64,000 nucleotides of DNA from Candidatus Micrarchaeota archaeon (GTDB lineage: Archaea > Micrarchaeota > Micrarchaeia > Anstonellales > Bilamarchaeaceae). The position numbers and the translations under genes are program-made. This document shows positions 1 through 9,662 of this stretch, piece by piece (within the stretch, counting starts at the first letter, position 1; each line of letters starts with the position of its first letter). The notes under the pieces are model-generated. The model saw nothing but the letters and a program-made list of their open reading frames with translations. It ran no database searches and was not told where the DNA came from. Location: positions 89,222-153,221 of the forward strand of contig JBBSVN010000003.1 in NCBI GenBank assembly GCA_038046765.1. Direction: 5' to 3'.

Positions 1-934
1 CAATAAATCTTTCCTTAATTACTTTTTGCATTGCTTCCCGAGCTGGAGTTAAATATTCCCTTGGGTCAAATTTATCTGGGTTTTCATAAAGAAATTTTCT
101 AACTGCTGCAGTTGAAGCGAGTCTTAAATCAGTATCAACATTTATTTTCCTAACTCCCGCTGCTATCCCCTCTTTAATTGCCCATAAAGGAACGCCATAA
201 GTTGGTGCTAGTTTTCCGCCGTATTTATTTATCTGTGCAAGTAACTCTTGTGGAACTGAAGAAGATCCATGCATTACCATATGTAAATTAGGACATCGTT
301 TATGAATTTCACGAATAATATCCATTGCAAGTAAGTTTTTATCTGGGTCTGGTTGTACTTTAAATTTATAAGCGCCATGAGATGTTCCAATAGCAACTGC
401 GAGCGCGTCAACACCCGTTTCATGAAGAAACGTTTCAACCTGATTCGGGTCAGTTAAATGAATTTTTCCAGAACCTACTCCATCTTCAATCCCACCTAAA
501 GTTCCAAGTTCTCCTTCAACTGTTACCCCGAATTTATGAGCATATTCAACTGCTTCTTTGGTTACCTTTACGTTTTCTTCATAAGTTGTTGGAGTTTTCG
601 CATCTTCTTTTAATGATCCATCAAGCATTACTGAAGTAAAACCCAAGGAAATTGCTGTTTTAACTGATTCCAGATTGTTTCCATGGTCTAGGTGTAGTGC
701 GATGGGTATTTTCGGGTATTTCTCAACACAAGCCATCATGATATTTCTCAAAAATATAAGATCGCTGTATTTTAACGCACCACGAGAAGCGGCCATTATA
801 ACTGGAGAAGAAACTTCTTCGGCTGCACGCATTATCGCTTGCGCCTGTTCCATGTTGTTAACGTTAAAATGCGGTACTCCGTACTGTTTTTTTGCTGCTT
901 CATCTAAGATTTGTTTCATAGGTACTAAAGGCAT
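1..934 (-). CDS. fba: Class II fructose-bisphosphate aldolase (3' end runs off the window)
   Basis: Manual minus-strand translation from ATG at 934: MPLVPMKQIL...HFNVNNMEQ...ALHLDHG...FTSVMLDGS...VEGELG...LAVAIGTSHGAYK...VMHGSS...KINVDTDLR; GGTGA SD upstream. Confidence 0.95.
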   Translation of the reverse strand, partial: MPLVPMKQILDEAAKKQYGVPHFNVNNMEQAQAIMRAAEEVSSPVIMAASRGALKYSDLIFLRNIMMACVEKYPKIPIALHLDHGNNLESVKTAISLGFTSVMLDGSLKEDAKTPTTYEENVKVTKEAVEYAHKFGVTVEGELGTLGGIEDGVGSGKIHLTDPNQVETFLHETGVDALAVAIGTSHGAYKFKVQPDPDKNLLAMDIIREIHKRCPNLHMVMHGSSSVPQELLAQINKYGGKLAPTYGVPLWAIKEGIAAGVRKINVDTDLRLASTAAVRKFLYENPDKFDPREYLTPAREAMQKVIKERFI

Positions 935-1062
935 AAGTTTCACCTTGGATTATTATTTTTGCAACTCTTTTAACACTTGATAAGAAGGAGTTGAATTCGA
1001 CCCCTTTGAAATTATTATTTGTTTATAAATTTTATATTGGCTACCTTATTTATATCTCTTGT

Positions 1063-1929
1063 TTAACTTTTTGAAGCTTCTTTTTCAACTAAAATTTTCT
1101 TATTTCTTACTCTTACTTCTGTTAATTCATTATAATTAGCTTGTGTCGATACGCTTGTACCTGTTTTTTCTTCTAGTTCTTTCCTAGCATTTCCCGCAAC
1201 AGTTCCGCCTTGAACTGCAGCGTCCTTATTTTCCGGAAATCCTTGCGCATCCTTCTTTTTCGCAATTTCGGTTGTTGAAGCTTCACCTAGCATGGTAAAT
1301 ATCAGTTCAAGATCTGTCATGTGATCACGCAAATTATCTTTTGGATTATCAAGTGCTTTGAAATTTTTGTATTCTGATGGAGTCATACCAAATGTTGCCT
1401 TGCTAATTTCAGATGTAAGAATAGCATATTCTAAATGTTCTTTCACACCGCGTTTTTTCCATTCTTCTGTTAGTTCATCCCGAACTGCGATTCCACGCAT
1501 TCGTTTTTCAATCCAAGAATCAGAATAACCTTTTTGTTTATATATTTCACGCATACGTTTTGTCGCGATTTCAGGATTTTCAATCTCTTCAAGTCGTTCA
1601 TAACCCACTTTGGCTAACCAGAGTTTGAAAGGTTCTGCTTTGGGTGATGGGATTGATTGAATTAAACGAAATAATTGCTCGGTATCTGCAACATCGGTTA
1701 GACGCATTTTGCCATCAGTAGCTTCCATTTTCAAACTGTGACAATTTGTCACGGTTTCATTTCCTTGAGCTTTTAAACGCTCTTTAAGTTTACGCCAGTA
1801 AGCACCGGGATCAACACTGTCGGTTAAAACCGCAAGAACATCAACAATAGAAAAATACCATTTATGGTTAACTTCGTTCCAAATTCTACGAACTTTTTTT
1901 TCTTCAAACAAGATTATGCCGTTGCTCAT
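1063..1929 (-). CDS. Bro-N domain protein (paralog of 62614..63486)
   Basis: KKVRRIW...WYFSIVDV...YWRKLK...LFRLIQSIPSPKAEPFKLWLA; start moved to MSNGIILF by comparison with the paralog. Confidence 0.85.
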   Translation of the reverse strand: MSNGIILFEEKKVRRIWNEVNHKWYFSIVDVLAVLTDSVDPGAYWRKLKERLKAQGNETVTNCHSLKMEATDGKMRLTDVADTEQLFRLIQSIPSPKAEPFKLWLAKVGYERLEEIENPEIATKRMREIYKQKGYSDSWIEKRMRGIAVRDELTEEWKKRGVKEHLEYAILTSEISKATFGMTPSEYKNFKALDNPKDNLRDHMTDLELIFTMLGEASTTEIAKKKDAQGFPENKDAAVQGGTVAGNARKELEEKTGTSVSTQANYNELTEVRVRNKKILVEKEASKS

Positions 1930-2023
1930 ATTATACGCCTTTTTTATCAGAAAATTCGTTATTTTACTTAAGCAGGTTAAGGAATAAAAATGTACTTGCA
2001 TTTAATAATCCATTGATGATTCT

Positions 2024-2920
2024 ATGAATTCCAAGATACTTGCACATTACCTTGATTTTTCTACGTATACCTATCCCGGACTATACTTATCAAAGCTAAA
2101 AAATGATTTACCTGATGAGGTTAGATCTATAGGAGAGTTTGTTAGAAGGCAAATAATTCATCGTTCAACCTTGAAAGATGGAAATATTGGAACGAATTTA
2201 GATAAAAAATTTGGAGATATGAATAAAGTTGCATGGTACAAACAACCAGAAGATGATATTTTAACAACTGCTTCATCAATGTTCGCTGAATTATACCATC
2301 GCAATTCACTTGGTTTTATAAAAAATAGAAAAGAAAATGACAAATTAATTCTTACCTGTAGGTCTACCTCAATTTTAATGGCCTCGATTTTAAAATCAAA
2401 AAGTATTCCATGCAGGGTTCGTTCTGGTCATGCCCCATATTTTGATATGGGGGAACTAAGAAATGTTAGTACTGATCATTGGATAAATCAATATTGGAAT
2501 TCTAAAGAAAAAAGATGGATTACTATTGATGTTGATGGAAGCTGGAGTATGAACGAACCTCTTAATGCTTACGATTTACCTTTGGGTAAATTCTATTTCC
2601 CTGCTGATTCTTGGCTTGGCATTCGTTCTAGTATACTAGATCAAAATAAATTTCGGAATGCAGCGCCAGAAAAAGGTTTAATTACTGTTTGCTGGGCATT
2701 ATTTTACGATTTTCACTGTTTAATGAATGATGAGGTTATTTACCTTCATGTCCCAGAACCAGCTACTTATATAAAATTTAATAAGTTGTCTAAACAAGAA
2801 TTAGAAGAAATTGATAATTTAGCTGTTTTAATGCAAGACCCAGATAAAAATTTCTTTGACTTACAAAAAATTTGGGAAACTAATAAGAAATTTAGGTTGT
2901 TAAAGGGCGGATTATTATAG
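2024..2920 (+). CDS. Transglutaminase-like superfamily protein
   Basis: LTCR...IPCRVRSG...DHWINQYW...RWITIDVD supplies a Cys-His-Asp triad pattern. Confidence 0.75.
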   Translation: MNSKILAHYLDFSTYTYPGLYLSKLKNDLPDEVRSIGEFVRRQIIHRSTLKDGNIGTNLDKKFGDMNKVAWYKQPEDDILTTASSMFAELYHRNSLGFIKNRKENDKLILTCRSTSILMASILKSKSIPCRVRSGHAPYFDMGELRNVSTDHWINQYWNSKEKRWITIDVDGSWSMNEPLNAYDLPLGKFYFPADSWLGIRSSILDQNKFRNAAPEKGLITVCWALFYDFHCLMNDEVIYLHVPEPATYIKFNKLSKQELEEIDNLAVLMQDPDKNFFDLQKIWETNKKFRLLKGGLL

Positions 2921-2945
2921 TAAAAATATTTCGTGTTGTTCAAAT

Positions 2946-4004
2946 CTATTTCACAAAATAAAACAACACCGCAATAATCAAATACATTATCACTAACTGT
3001 GCTCCTTCAAACCAGTTCGTGCTTTCATCTGATGAAATTTCGTTTACAATTAATACACTAGCAAATACTGCAATTATTTCAAATGGAGTAAACACCAAAT
3101 CCATAGGTTGCTTCATAACTATTCCTGCTAATACTGCAACAGGAGCTACAAACAATGCAATCTGCAAACTAGAACCAACAGTTATCCCTATTGCGACATC
3201 AAGTTCATTTTTCATTGCAAAAGATACTGCGGAAATATGTTCAGCTGCGTTACCTACTATTGCAACTATTACTGCACCAATAAATAGTTCAGTTAAATTA
3301 AAACTTTTTGCAAATGTTTCTATCTGAGCAACAAATATTTCGCTGATTAATGCGAGAAAAACTGTTGATATTAGAAGAACTAAAATTGCTTTATTCCGAC
3401 TCCACTTTGGTTTTTCATCTTCATGACTTTTATGGCTATGACTGGTAAATAAATGACTATGCGTTTTTAGAGAAAACAATATGCTAAGTAAATATAACGA
3501 AATTAATAAAATTGAAACAATAATGCTTAACCCTAGTTCGTCTTTTGGATTTCTTACCTGATCTGGCATTAAATGGAATAAACTAGGAATCATAATGCTC
3601 ATAAAAGCAATTAAAAGCATGGTTGCATTTAGTCCTGCCAAATGCTTTGAAAATTTCTGTTCCTTGTATTTTAAACCACCTAGTAACAAACTTAGTCCAA
3701 GAACGAAAAGTATATTGCCAATTATACTCCCTGCTATCGATGCTTTAACTAAGTCAAGTAATCCTTTATTGATTGCCAAAAGTGCGATTATTAATTCAGC
3801 TGCGTTTCCAAATGTCGCATTTAATAATCCGCCAATATGCCCGCCATATATTTTAGCTAATTCTTCAGTTGCTTCGCCCATTTTAGCGGCTAATGGTAGA
3901 ATCGCAAGTAATGAAACTACAAAAAGTATCGTGCTGTTTGTTCCGATATAATTTAACGCGAACGCTAAAAATACAAAAATAAATAAAATATCCTTAATTT
4001 GCAT
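2946..4004 (-). CDS. cax: Ca2+/H+ antiporter (CaCA/CAX family)
   Basis: GGLLNATFGNAAE and IVGNAAEH alpha repeats, GSSLQIAL; about 10-11 hydrophobic segments. Confidence 0.92.
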   Translation of the reverse strand: MQIKDILFIFVFLAFALNYIGTNSTILFVVSLLAILPLAAKMGEATEELAKIYGGHIGGLLNATFGNAAELIIALLAINKGLLDLVKASIAGSIIGNILFVLGLSLLLGGLKYKEQKFSKHLAGLNATMLLIAFMSIMIPSLFHLMPDQVRNPKDELGLSIIVSILLISLYLLSILFSLKTHSHLFTSHSHKSHEDEKPKWSRNKAILVLLISTVFLALISEIFVAQIETFAKSFNLTELFIGAVIVAIVGNAAEHISAVSFAMKNELDVAIGITVGSSLQIALFVAPVAVLAGIVMKQPMDLVFTPFEIIAVFASVLIVNEISSDESTNWFEGAQLVIMYLIIAVLFYFVK

Positions 4005-4581
4005 ACTGTTTGTACACCCAATCATTCATTTTTTGAGCTTTGCTTTTATAATAATAACCAAAAGTTAATCCAAATATCAATCCACCTAAATGCGCTGCGC
4101 TTGCTGTTCCTGAAGCAGGATTAAAAGAACCGATTAATTCTAAGACAAACCAAATTATAGTCATTGTTCGAATTGAAACTGGAAAAAAGAAGAATAACAA
4201 AGTTAGTTCAGGCATTAAAATCGAAAGCGCTCCGAGCATTGCGTAAATTGCCCCGCTAGCCCCTAATGCTGGAATGGGTGGAATTATTCCAAAATAAATA
4301 GTAACTAGATACGCGATGCTACCAATAATCCCCCCAAATAAGAATAAAATCAAGAAATCTCTTTTACCAATCGTATTTTCAAGGTAAGGACCAAAGGCAA
4401 TTAGCGCGTATGCATTGAAAAAAAGATGCATTACTCCACCGTGTAAAAATATGCTCGTAATTAACATCCAAGGCATTAAGTTTGTTGGATTTAGTATAAA
4501 CATTTTTTCGAAACCAGGAACGGATAGTTGGACGACAAATACAACTACAATTAAAAAAAGCAAAATATGTGTTATTTTCAT
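3994..4581 (-). CDS. Rhomboid intramembrane serine protease
   Basis: FLHGG.MHLFFN, GASG catalytic Ser, AHLGG catalytic His. Confidence 0.93.
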   Translation of the reverse strand: MKITHILLFLIVVVFVVQLSVPGFEKMFILNPTNLMPWMLITSIFLHGGVMHLFFNAYALIAFGPYLENTIGKRDFLILFLFGGIIGSIAYLVTIYFGIIPPIPALGASGAIYAMLGALSILMPELTLLFFFFPVSIRTMTIIWFVLELIGSFNPASGTASAAHLGGLIFGLTFGYYYKSKAQKMNDWVYKQYAN

Positions 4582-4602
4582 GAGTTTTCAACCTTTCCCG
4601 AG

Positions 4603-5400
4603 CTATTCTTTCAAATAATTAATCGTTTCTTTTCTAGAACTAATAAATGCTTCGATTTCAACGTACTTTTCCATTCCAGCGTCTTTTATTTTCTTAAGTA
4701 AGTTCGCTTCGATCTGGAAAACTCCTGCACTACTTTCCATCTCAACGTAGATACTTATTGGTTTAGTTTTCCCTTCTTTAACCCTTACCTTTGTAATCGA
4801 TAGTGCGCTTAATCCGTGCATGTCTCGTTTTCCTTTTTCGTATGGAATTCTTGCTCGTCCTTGTTCCATATCACATCCATCTGCAAGAGGCACAATTTTA
4901 GCTTCTAAACTAGTCGATTGATAATTTCCCATGTGACAAAGTATTGCTTCTAAGATTAACTTCTTTTTTCTTTCGTTTAGTTCGTTAATTTCATTTGTTG
5001 TATGGTATAATCTATCTAATATTCCTTTTACTATAAAAAATCCAGTTAATTCATGTTGATCGCGTAATATCGAGTTTCCAATGTCGTGTAAGTATCCTGC
5101 GATGATTACAACCTCCAATGCATCTTCAAACGTTGCTTTTTTACATTCTTTTAGAAGGTTTGGTTTAATTCCTTTAGAATATAAAATTTGAAGTATTTTT
5201 GCACTTATAAAAGAAACAATTTTAGCGTGAACATCTCCGTGGTCGTTGTAACCAAGTCTACCAACAGTTACATCGTTACTAATAACAAGCGCTAGTTCGA
5301 TTTCTTTATCCGTTCGTAAAAAGTCAAGGGTCTTTCTAGCTTTAGGGAATTCTTTTATTTCATCGTCCAAGTTTTTGTTAATTGTTTCACGAAGGTTCAA
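4603..5400 (-). CDS. HD-domain phosphohydrolase
   Basis: YNDHGDVH...YLHDIGN...CH...LADGCD motifs. Confidence 0.85.
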   Translation of the reverse strand: MNLRETINKNLDDEIKEFPKARKTLDFLRTDKEIELALVISNDVTVGRLGYNDHGDVHAKIVSFISAKILQILYSKGIKPNLLKECKKATFEDALEVVIIAGYLHDIGNSILRDQHELTGFFIVKGILDRLYHTTNEINELNERKKKLILEAILCHMGNYQSTSLEAKIVPLADGCDMEQGRARIPYEKGKRDMHGLSALSITKVRVKEGKTKPISIYVEMESSAGVFQIEANLLKKIKDAGMEKYVEIEAFISSRKETINYLKE

Positions 5401-5412
5401 AGAATCACCAAA

Positions 5413-6945
5413 TTAAGAACGTTGTTGTTTTGCTTCGTATTCTTCTAAAAGTTTTAGGACTTTCTCTGAAGATTTTGTAGATTGGTCATTATCTTTCCAA
5501 TATTTTACGGACTCCTTTTTATAGTCTATTGCCGTTTTTCCATCCGCGTCTTTTATATCCACGCGTGCACCTTTTTCTAGGAGTAATCTTATTCTATCTA
5601 TTCCCTCATTTGTAACAGCCCAAATAAGGGGTGTTCTTCCAATGTTATCTTTGGCATTTATATCCGCACCATTTTCTAATAAAATTTCAATTCTTTTTTT
5701 AGTTTCTCTTTCTGAAACCTCATGATATACACAAGTTATTGCGTGGTGGATAGGAGCCCAACCTCTTTGGTCTTGTGCATTAACATTTGCGCCTTTTTCG
5801 ATTAAAAGTTTAATTGTAGATAATTTTCCACGCTCGTTTAAAGCTTCCATCAAAGGAGTTTCTTGATTTCCATTTCGACCGTTTACATTAGCTCCAAACT
5901 TAAGTAATAGCTTAATTAGATTATTATCCCCCCATCTAGCAATCCTACCTAATAATGTAAATTCCCGTCCAATCTGAACTTTTCTTACTTTGTTTAAATC
6001 AAAATCACTATTTGCTGCAAATATTTCGATTAAAAGTCGCTCCATTAGTTTAGGCTTGTCGTACACATAGTCTAGGATTGTTTTGCCGTCATCATCTTCT
6101 AACAAAGGATCAGCTCCATTTCTTATCAAATGTTCTAAAACTCCTTTATCCCTCCAAAAAAAGCAAAAACGTTTAATCGCAGTTATTAAAGGTGTAGAGC
6201 CGTCACCTCTTCGTGCATTTATATCTGCCCCGTATTTTAGTAAAAGATCGATCATAGGAATATTTCCGTTCCACACTGCCACAGACATAGGACAACCGTG
6301 ATCAATAAGAGAAGGATCTTTTAGATTTATTTCAGAGATAATCAATTCTGCGGTTTCTAAGTTATTACTTCTAACTGCCATCCACAATGCATTTCCTCCT
6401 TTATCATCTATTTCAACTACACTTGCTTTATGTTTTAAAAGTAGTTTAACCATTTCAGAATTTCCTTTTTCAGCAGCATGCATTAACGCAGTCTTACCTT
6501 TTTCATCTTTTGCATTTACTTCGGCTCCACTTTCAAGCGCTTCTTCTAATTTTCTAATGTTTCCTCTTTTTGCTGCATCCAGTAATTTTTTATTATGTTC
6601 CATTGCCCAGTTTTCAACTAGAATATCTCTTCTTTGTAATGCTCGTTGTTCTGAATGCGGTGAAGTTGTTAATTCTCTTTTTTGCCCCCCTTGCAATAAT
6701 GCATTAGCACTTATTACATACTTTTCTGCTTCTTTCATTATTCTTTCTAGTTCCTTTGAACTTTTTGATTTTCTAGATTTTTTTGCTTGCTTACTGGCAT
6801 TTTTTATATTAAGTAAAGCTCCAAGCTTATTAGAACTAGTTAATGTTATTCCTTTTTCTATTGCAAAATCGTTTATCTTGTCTTGTAGTTCTTCGGGTAA
6901 CTGTGAAATTTTTAGATTTCGTATTATTTCGAATTCTGGTTTCAT
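5413..6945 (-). CDS. Ankyrin-repeat protein with unique N-terminal extension
   Basis: Many G.TPL/AL..A..G...V.LLL..GAD.N repeats. Confidence 0.93.
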   Translation of the reverse strand: MKPEFEIIRNLKISQLPEELQDKINDFAIEKGITLTSSNKLGALLNIKNASKQAKKSRKSKSSKELERIMKEAEKYVISANALLQGGQKRELTTSPHSEQRALQRRDILVENWAMEHNKKLLDAAKRGNIRKLEEALESGAEVNAKDEKGKTALMHAAEKGNSEMVKLLLKHKASVVEIDDKGGNALWMAVRSNNLETAELIISEINLKDPSLIDHGCPMSVAVWNGNIPMIDLLLKYGADINARRGDGSTPLITAIKRFCFFWRDKGVLEHLIRNGADPLLEDDDGKTILDYVYDKPKLMERLLIEIFAANSDFDLNKVRKVQIGREFTLLGRIARWGDNNLIKLLLKFGANVNGRNGNQETPLMEALNERGKLSTIKLLIEKGANVNAQDQRGWAPIHHAITCVYHEVSERETKKRIEILLENGADINAKDNIGRTPLIWAVTNEGIDRIRLLLEKGARVDIKDADGKTAIDYKKESVKYWKDNDQSTKSSEKVLKLLEEYEAKQQRS

Positions 6946-6955
6946 AATTAAACCT

Positions 6956-7474
6956 TTATTTATTAGGCTTTATATACTCAAAACCTTTCTTTTCAAAAAC
7001 GATTTTAGTTATCTCTGTTATAAAATCCCTGCCATCGTTTAAAACCTTATTTGCCTCTTGTGAAGTTATCTCACCTAAGCCATAAGAAGCCTTTATTCTT
7101 TCTGTTTTTGCATATTCTAAAGAATCCGAGTATGTTTTGCTTAACTTTTTTGCTTTCTTTACGTATTCTGTATAATCTGGGAATACTTTCCTTTCTTGAA
7201 CATAAAATGTTTCAAAAGCTACGATTGCACATTCATGTGATCGTGCATCTAAACCAATTAGCCATAAACTTGCCATTGTTGCGTGATACATTGCGTAATA
7301 AGAACAGGTAATTGTCCAGTCGAAGAACTTAAATTCGTTCATTTTTGTTGCAGCTAACAAATTTTTGTTGGCTTTTTCTAAGTGTTCCTCTGCTTTATTT
7401 ACGCTTTCCTGAACTTTTATTAGTCTTTTAGGTATTTCTCCAGAACCTTCAAAACACCGATCGAGTAAATTCAT
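6956..7474 (-). CDS. HEPN-domain protein (toxin of MNT-HEPN pair)
   Basis: W.....YYAMYHA..A.L...G....SH...R..A.Y; ATGA overlap with upstream MNT. Confidence 0.85.
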   Translation of the reverse strand: MNLLDRCFEGSGEIPKRLIKVQESVNKAEEHLEKANKNLLAATKMNEFKFFDWTITCSYYAMYHATMASLWLIGLDARSHECAIVAFETFYVQERKVFPDYTEYVKKAKKLSKTYSDSLEYAKTERIKASYGLGEITSQEANKVLNDGRDFITEITKIVFEKKGFEYIKPNK

Positions 7475-8133
7475 ATTGGTTCACCTAGTTTTAGGATTTG
7501 CCTAGAAAATTCTTCATCAGCATACAAAACAATCCTATCTTGCCAAATTGTTGAGTATATCGGCTCTTTTTTCCACTTTAATTCCATTTCTTTTAATTCT
7601 ATGGTATGTATTTCAAACTTTTTTCCAGTTAGGGCATACATTTTTTCTTTAACTAAGCCAACATATTTATCAAAGCTAGAATCTTTATTTTTAACTACTA
7701 CAAGTAAATCTATGTCACTTTCATCTTTAGCGTCTTTTCTTGCCACTGACCCAAAAAGAAGTATGAATTTCATGTCTGTTTTTGTTCTTCCTACGGCTTT
7801 TTTTATTAAATCTTCTGACATTAGTTCGTTTAACATTTTTTGAACCCATACTTGTACTTTTGGATTTTTAGAGTAAAATTCTTGTCTCCTTTCCATTTCT
7901 AAAATAGAAAATACTTTTAGAACAAGTTCATTCATGGGGTTTATCTGATATTCTTTTATTTTACCTTTTGTAACTGCTTTTAGTGTATTTATTTTTTCTA
8001 GTTCTTTTAAATAGTAATGAACTCTTTCATAAGATAGTTTACAATTTTTAGCGATTTCTCTTATATACAGGGGTTTAGTTGGAGCACTAAAGAATACTTG
8101 CAGAATGTCCTTTGCATTGTCAATGTAGATCAT
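7471..8133 (-). CDS. wHTH + minimal nucleotidyltransferase (MNT antitoxin)
   Basis: N-terminal HTH (YIREIAK...YLKELEK), LFGSVAR...ESDIDLLV. Confidence 0.9.
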   Translation of the reverse strand: MIYIDNAKDILQVFFSAPTKPLYIREIAKNCKLSYERVHYYLKELEKINTLKAVTKGKIKEYQINPMNELVLKVFSILEMERRQEFYSKNPKVQVWVQKMLNELMSEDLIKKAVGRTKTDMKFILLFGSVARKDAKDESDIDLLVVVKNKDSSFDKYVGLVKEKMYALTGKKFEIHTIELKEMELKWKKEPIYSTIWQDRIVLYADEEFSRQILKLGEPI

Positions 8134-8165
8134 AATTAGACTAGAACGGATTAGTTTTTAAATAT

Positions 8166-8199
8166 ATTGAAAAATCAATCATATGATTGGAATTCCAAT
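8166..8199. promoter_or_regulatory. Nested palindromic operator upstream of MNT-HEPN
   Basis: ATTGAAAAATCAAT-CATATG-ATTGGAATTCCAAT: two palindromes arranged around a third, next to a TATA-like element. Confidence 0.55.
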
Positions 8200-8211
8200 C
8201 AATAGGCTAGA

Positions 8212-9633
8212 TTAGCTATTTATCATTTTTTTTATCTTCTCCATCGTCTCTTTAGGGTCAGCCTTGAAATTGGTTTTTCTTAAAACTTGCCCAACTAAGA
8301 AATTGATTGATTTTTCATCCCCCGCTTTAATCTTGTCAATCGTTTCTTTATTTTCTGCAATGACCTCTAAAATTATTTTATTTATGTCTAGACTTGCTTC
8401 ACCTTCTTGTTTACTAAGTTCATTTAATTTTTTCTCTGGGTCATCAAACATTTTCTTAATCAATTCCTTAGCTTCCCTTTCAGTTATCTTTTTACTTTCA
8501 ATAGCAAACATCAATTCTAAGAAGTTTTCTTCTTTAGGGCATGTTTCAATTTCATAGTTATGCCAGTTTGCGCATTTTAAAAAATCTCCAACAAGCCATT
8601 TAGCTAAGTTTTCTGGATTTTTATATATTGCCAAGCATTTCTCAAAGTATTCATAAAGCCCACGCTTAAACGCAAGCGGGGTTGCAATTTGGGGAGCTAG
8701 TTTATACTTAGCTAAGATTTCTTCATAAACTTCTGTAGGTAACCTCTTCATGCCTTCTATTGCGTTTTCAATATCAACACTATTTAATTCAATAGGCAAT
8801 AGGTCAGGTTCATAAATATACCCGTAGTCTTCTTCCTGTTCTTTCTTTCTAAGTAAGATTGTGGTTTCTGTTTCCTCTGAATACATCCTCGTTTCTCTTG
8901 TGATTTTGTCTCCTCTGGTTTTCAAGAAAATCTGTCTTGATAATTCGGCTTTTAATGCCTTTTCTAACGCATCACTTCCAGATATGTTTTTTAGTTCTAC
9001 TCTTTCGCCTCCTTCAATTGAAATATTGGCGTCAGTACGCATGCTTCCTTCTCGATTCGGATCAATAATCCCAACATAGCTTAAAATTTCAAATAATTTT
9101 TTTACGTAAGTTACTGCTTCACTTATTGCAGTAAAATCAGGTTCAGTAACAACTTCGCATAAGGGAATACCCGACCTATTATAATCAACTAAAACTCCGC
9201 TCGCAGTTCCAATATGGCCTCCAACATATTCTACCTTTCCAGGGTCTTCTTCTAAGTGCGCACGAGTAATTCTTATCGTCTTTTCGCTCTTATTTGAAGT
9301 TTCAATAGTAAACTTTCCAGGGCCCGCAATAGGTTCATCATACTGCGTTGTTTGGTATGCTTTTGATAAATCAGGGTAAAAATATATTTTTCTTGCAAAC
9401 CTTGAATTATGACTTATTTTGCACTGCATAATTGTTGCAAGTTGTATTGCAAGTTCAACAGCTCGTTTATTTAGTCGCGGTTTAGAACCTGGAAAACCTA
9501 AGCATATCTCACAAGTATTCTGATTTGGTTCTGTAGAAGAGCCTTGCTCGGCTGAACAAGCGCAAAAGAGCTTACTTTTAGTGTTTAATTGAACGTGAGA
9601 TTCAAGACCGATTTTAATTTTTACTTGTTGCAT
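8212..9633 (-). CDS. gatB: Asp/Glu-tRNA amidotransferase subunit B
   Basis: IGLESHVQLNTKSKLFC, RKIYFYPDL, HLEEDPGK, DYNRSGIPLCEVVTEPD. Confidence 0.97.
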   Translation of the reverse strand: MQQVKIKIGLESHVQLNTKSKLFCACSAEQGSSTEPNQNTCEICLGFPGSKPRLNKRAVELAIQLATIMQCKISHNSRFARKIYFYPDLSKAYQTTQYDEPIAGPGKFTIETSNKSEKTIRITRAHLEEDPGKVEYVGGHIGTASGVLVDYNRSGIPLCEVVTEPDFTAISEAVTYVKKLFEILSYVGIIDPNREGSMRTDANISIEGGERVELKNISGSDALEKALKAELSRQIFLKTRGDKITRETRMYSEETETTILLRKKEQEEDYGYIYEPDLLPIELNSVDIENAIEGMKRLPTEVYEEILAKYKLAPQIATPLAFKRGLYEYFEKCLAIYKNPENLAKWLVGDFLKCANWHNYEIETCPKEENFLELMFAIESKKITEREAKELIKKMFDDPEKKLNELSKQEGEASLDINKIILEVIAENKETIDKIKAGDEKSINFLVGQVLRKTNFKADPKETMEKIKKMINS

Positions 9634-9662
9634 ATGTGTTCACTAGTTTTATTTATTTTCGG

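Noticed and set aside
675..980. Plus-strand 101-aa ORF and other antisense ORFs (e.g. 3019, 3595, 6557, 19585, 44016, 60440, 62054)
   Set aside because: Shadow frames opposite well-supported genes, with no motifs
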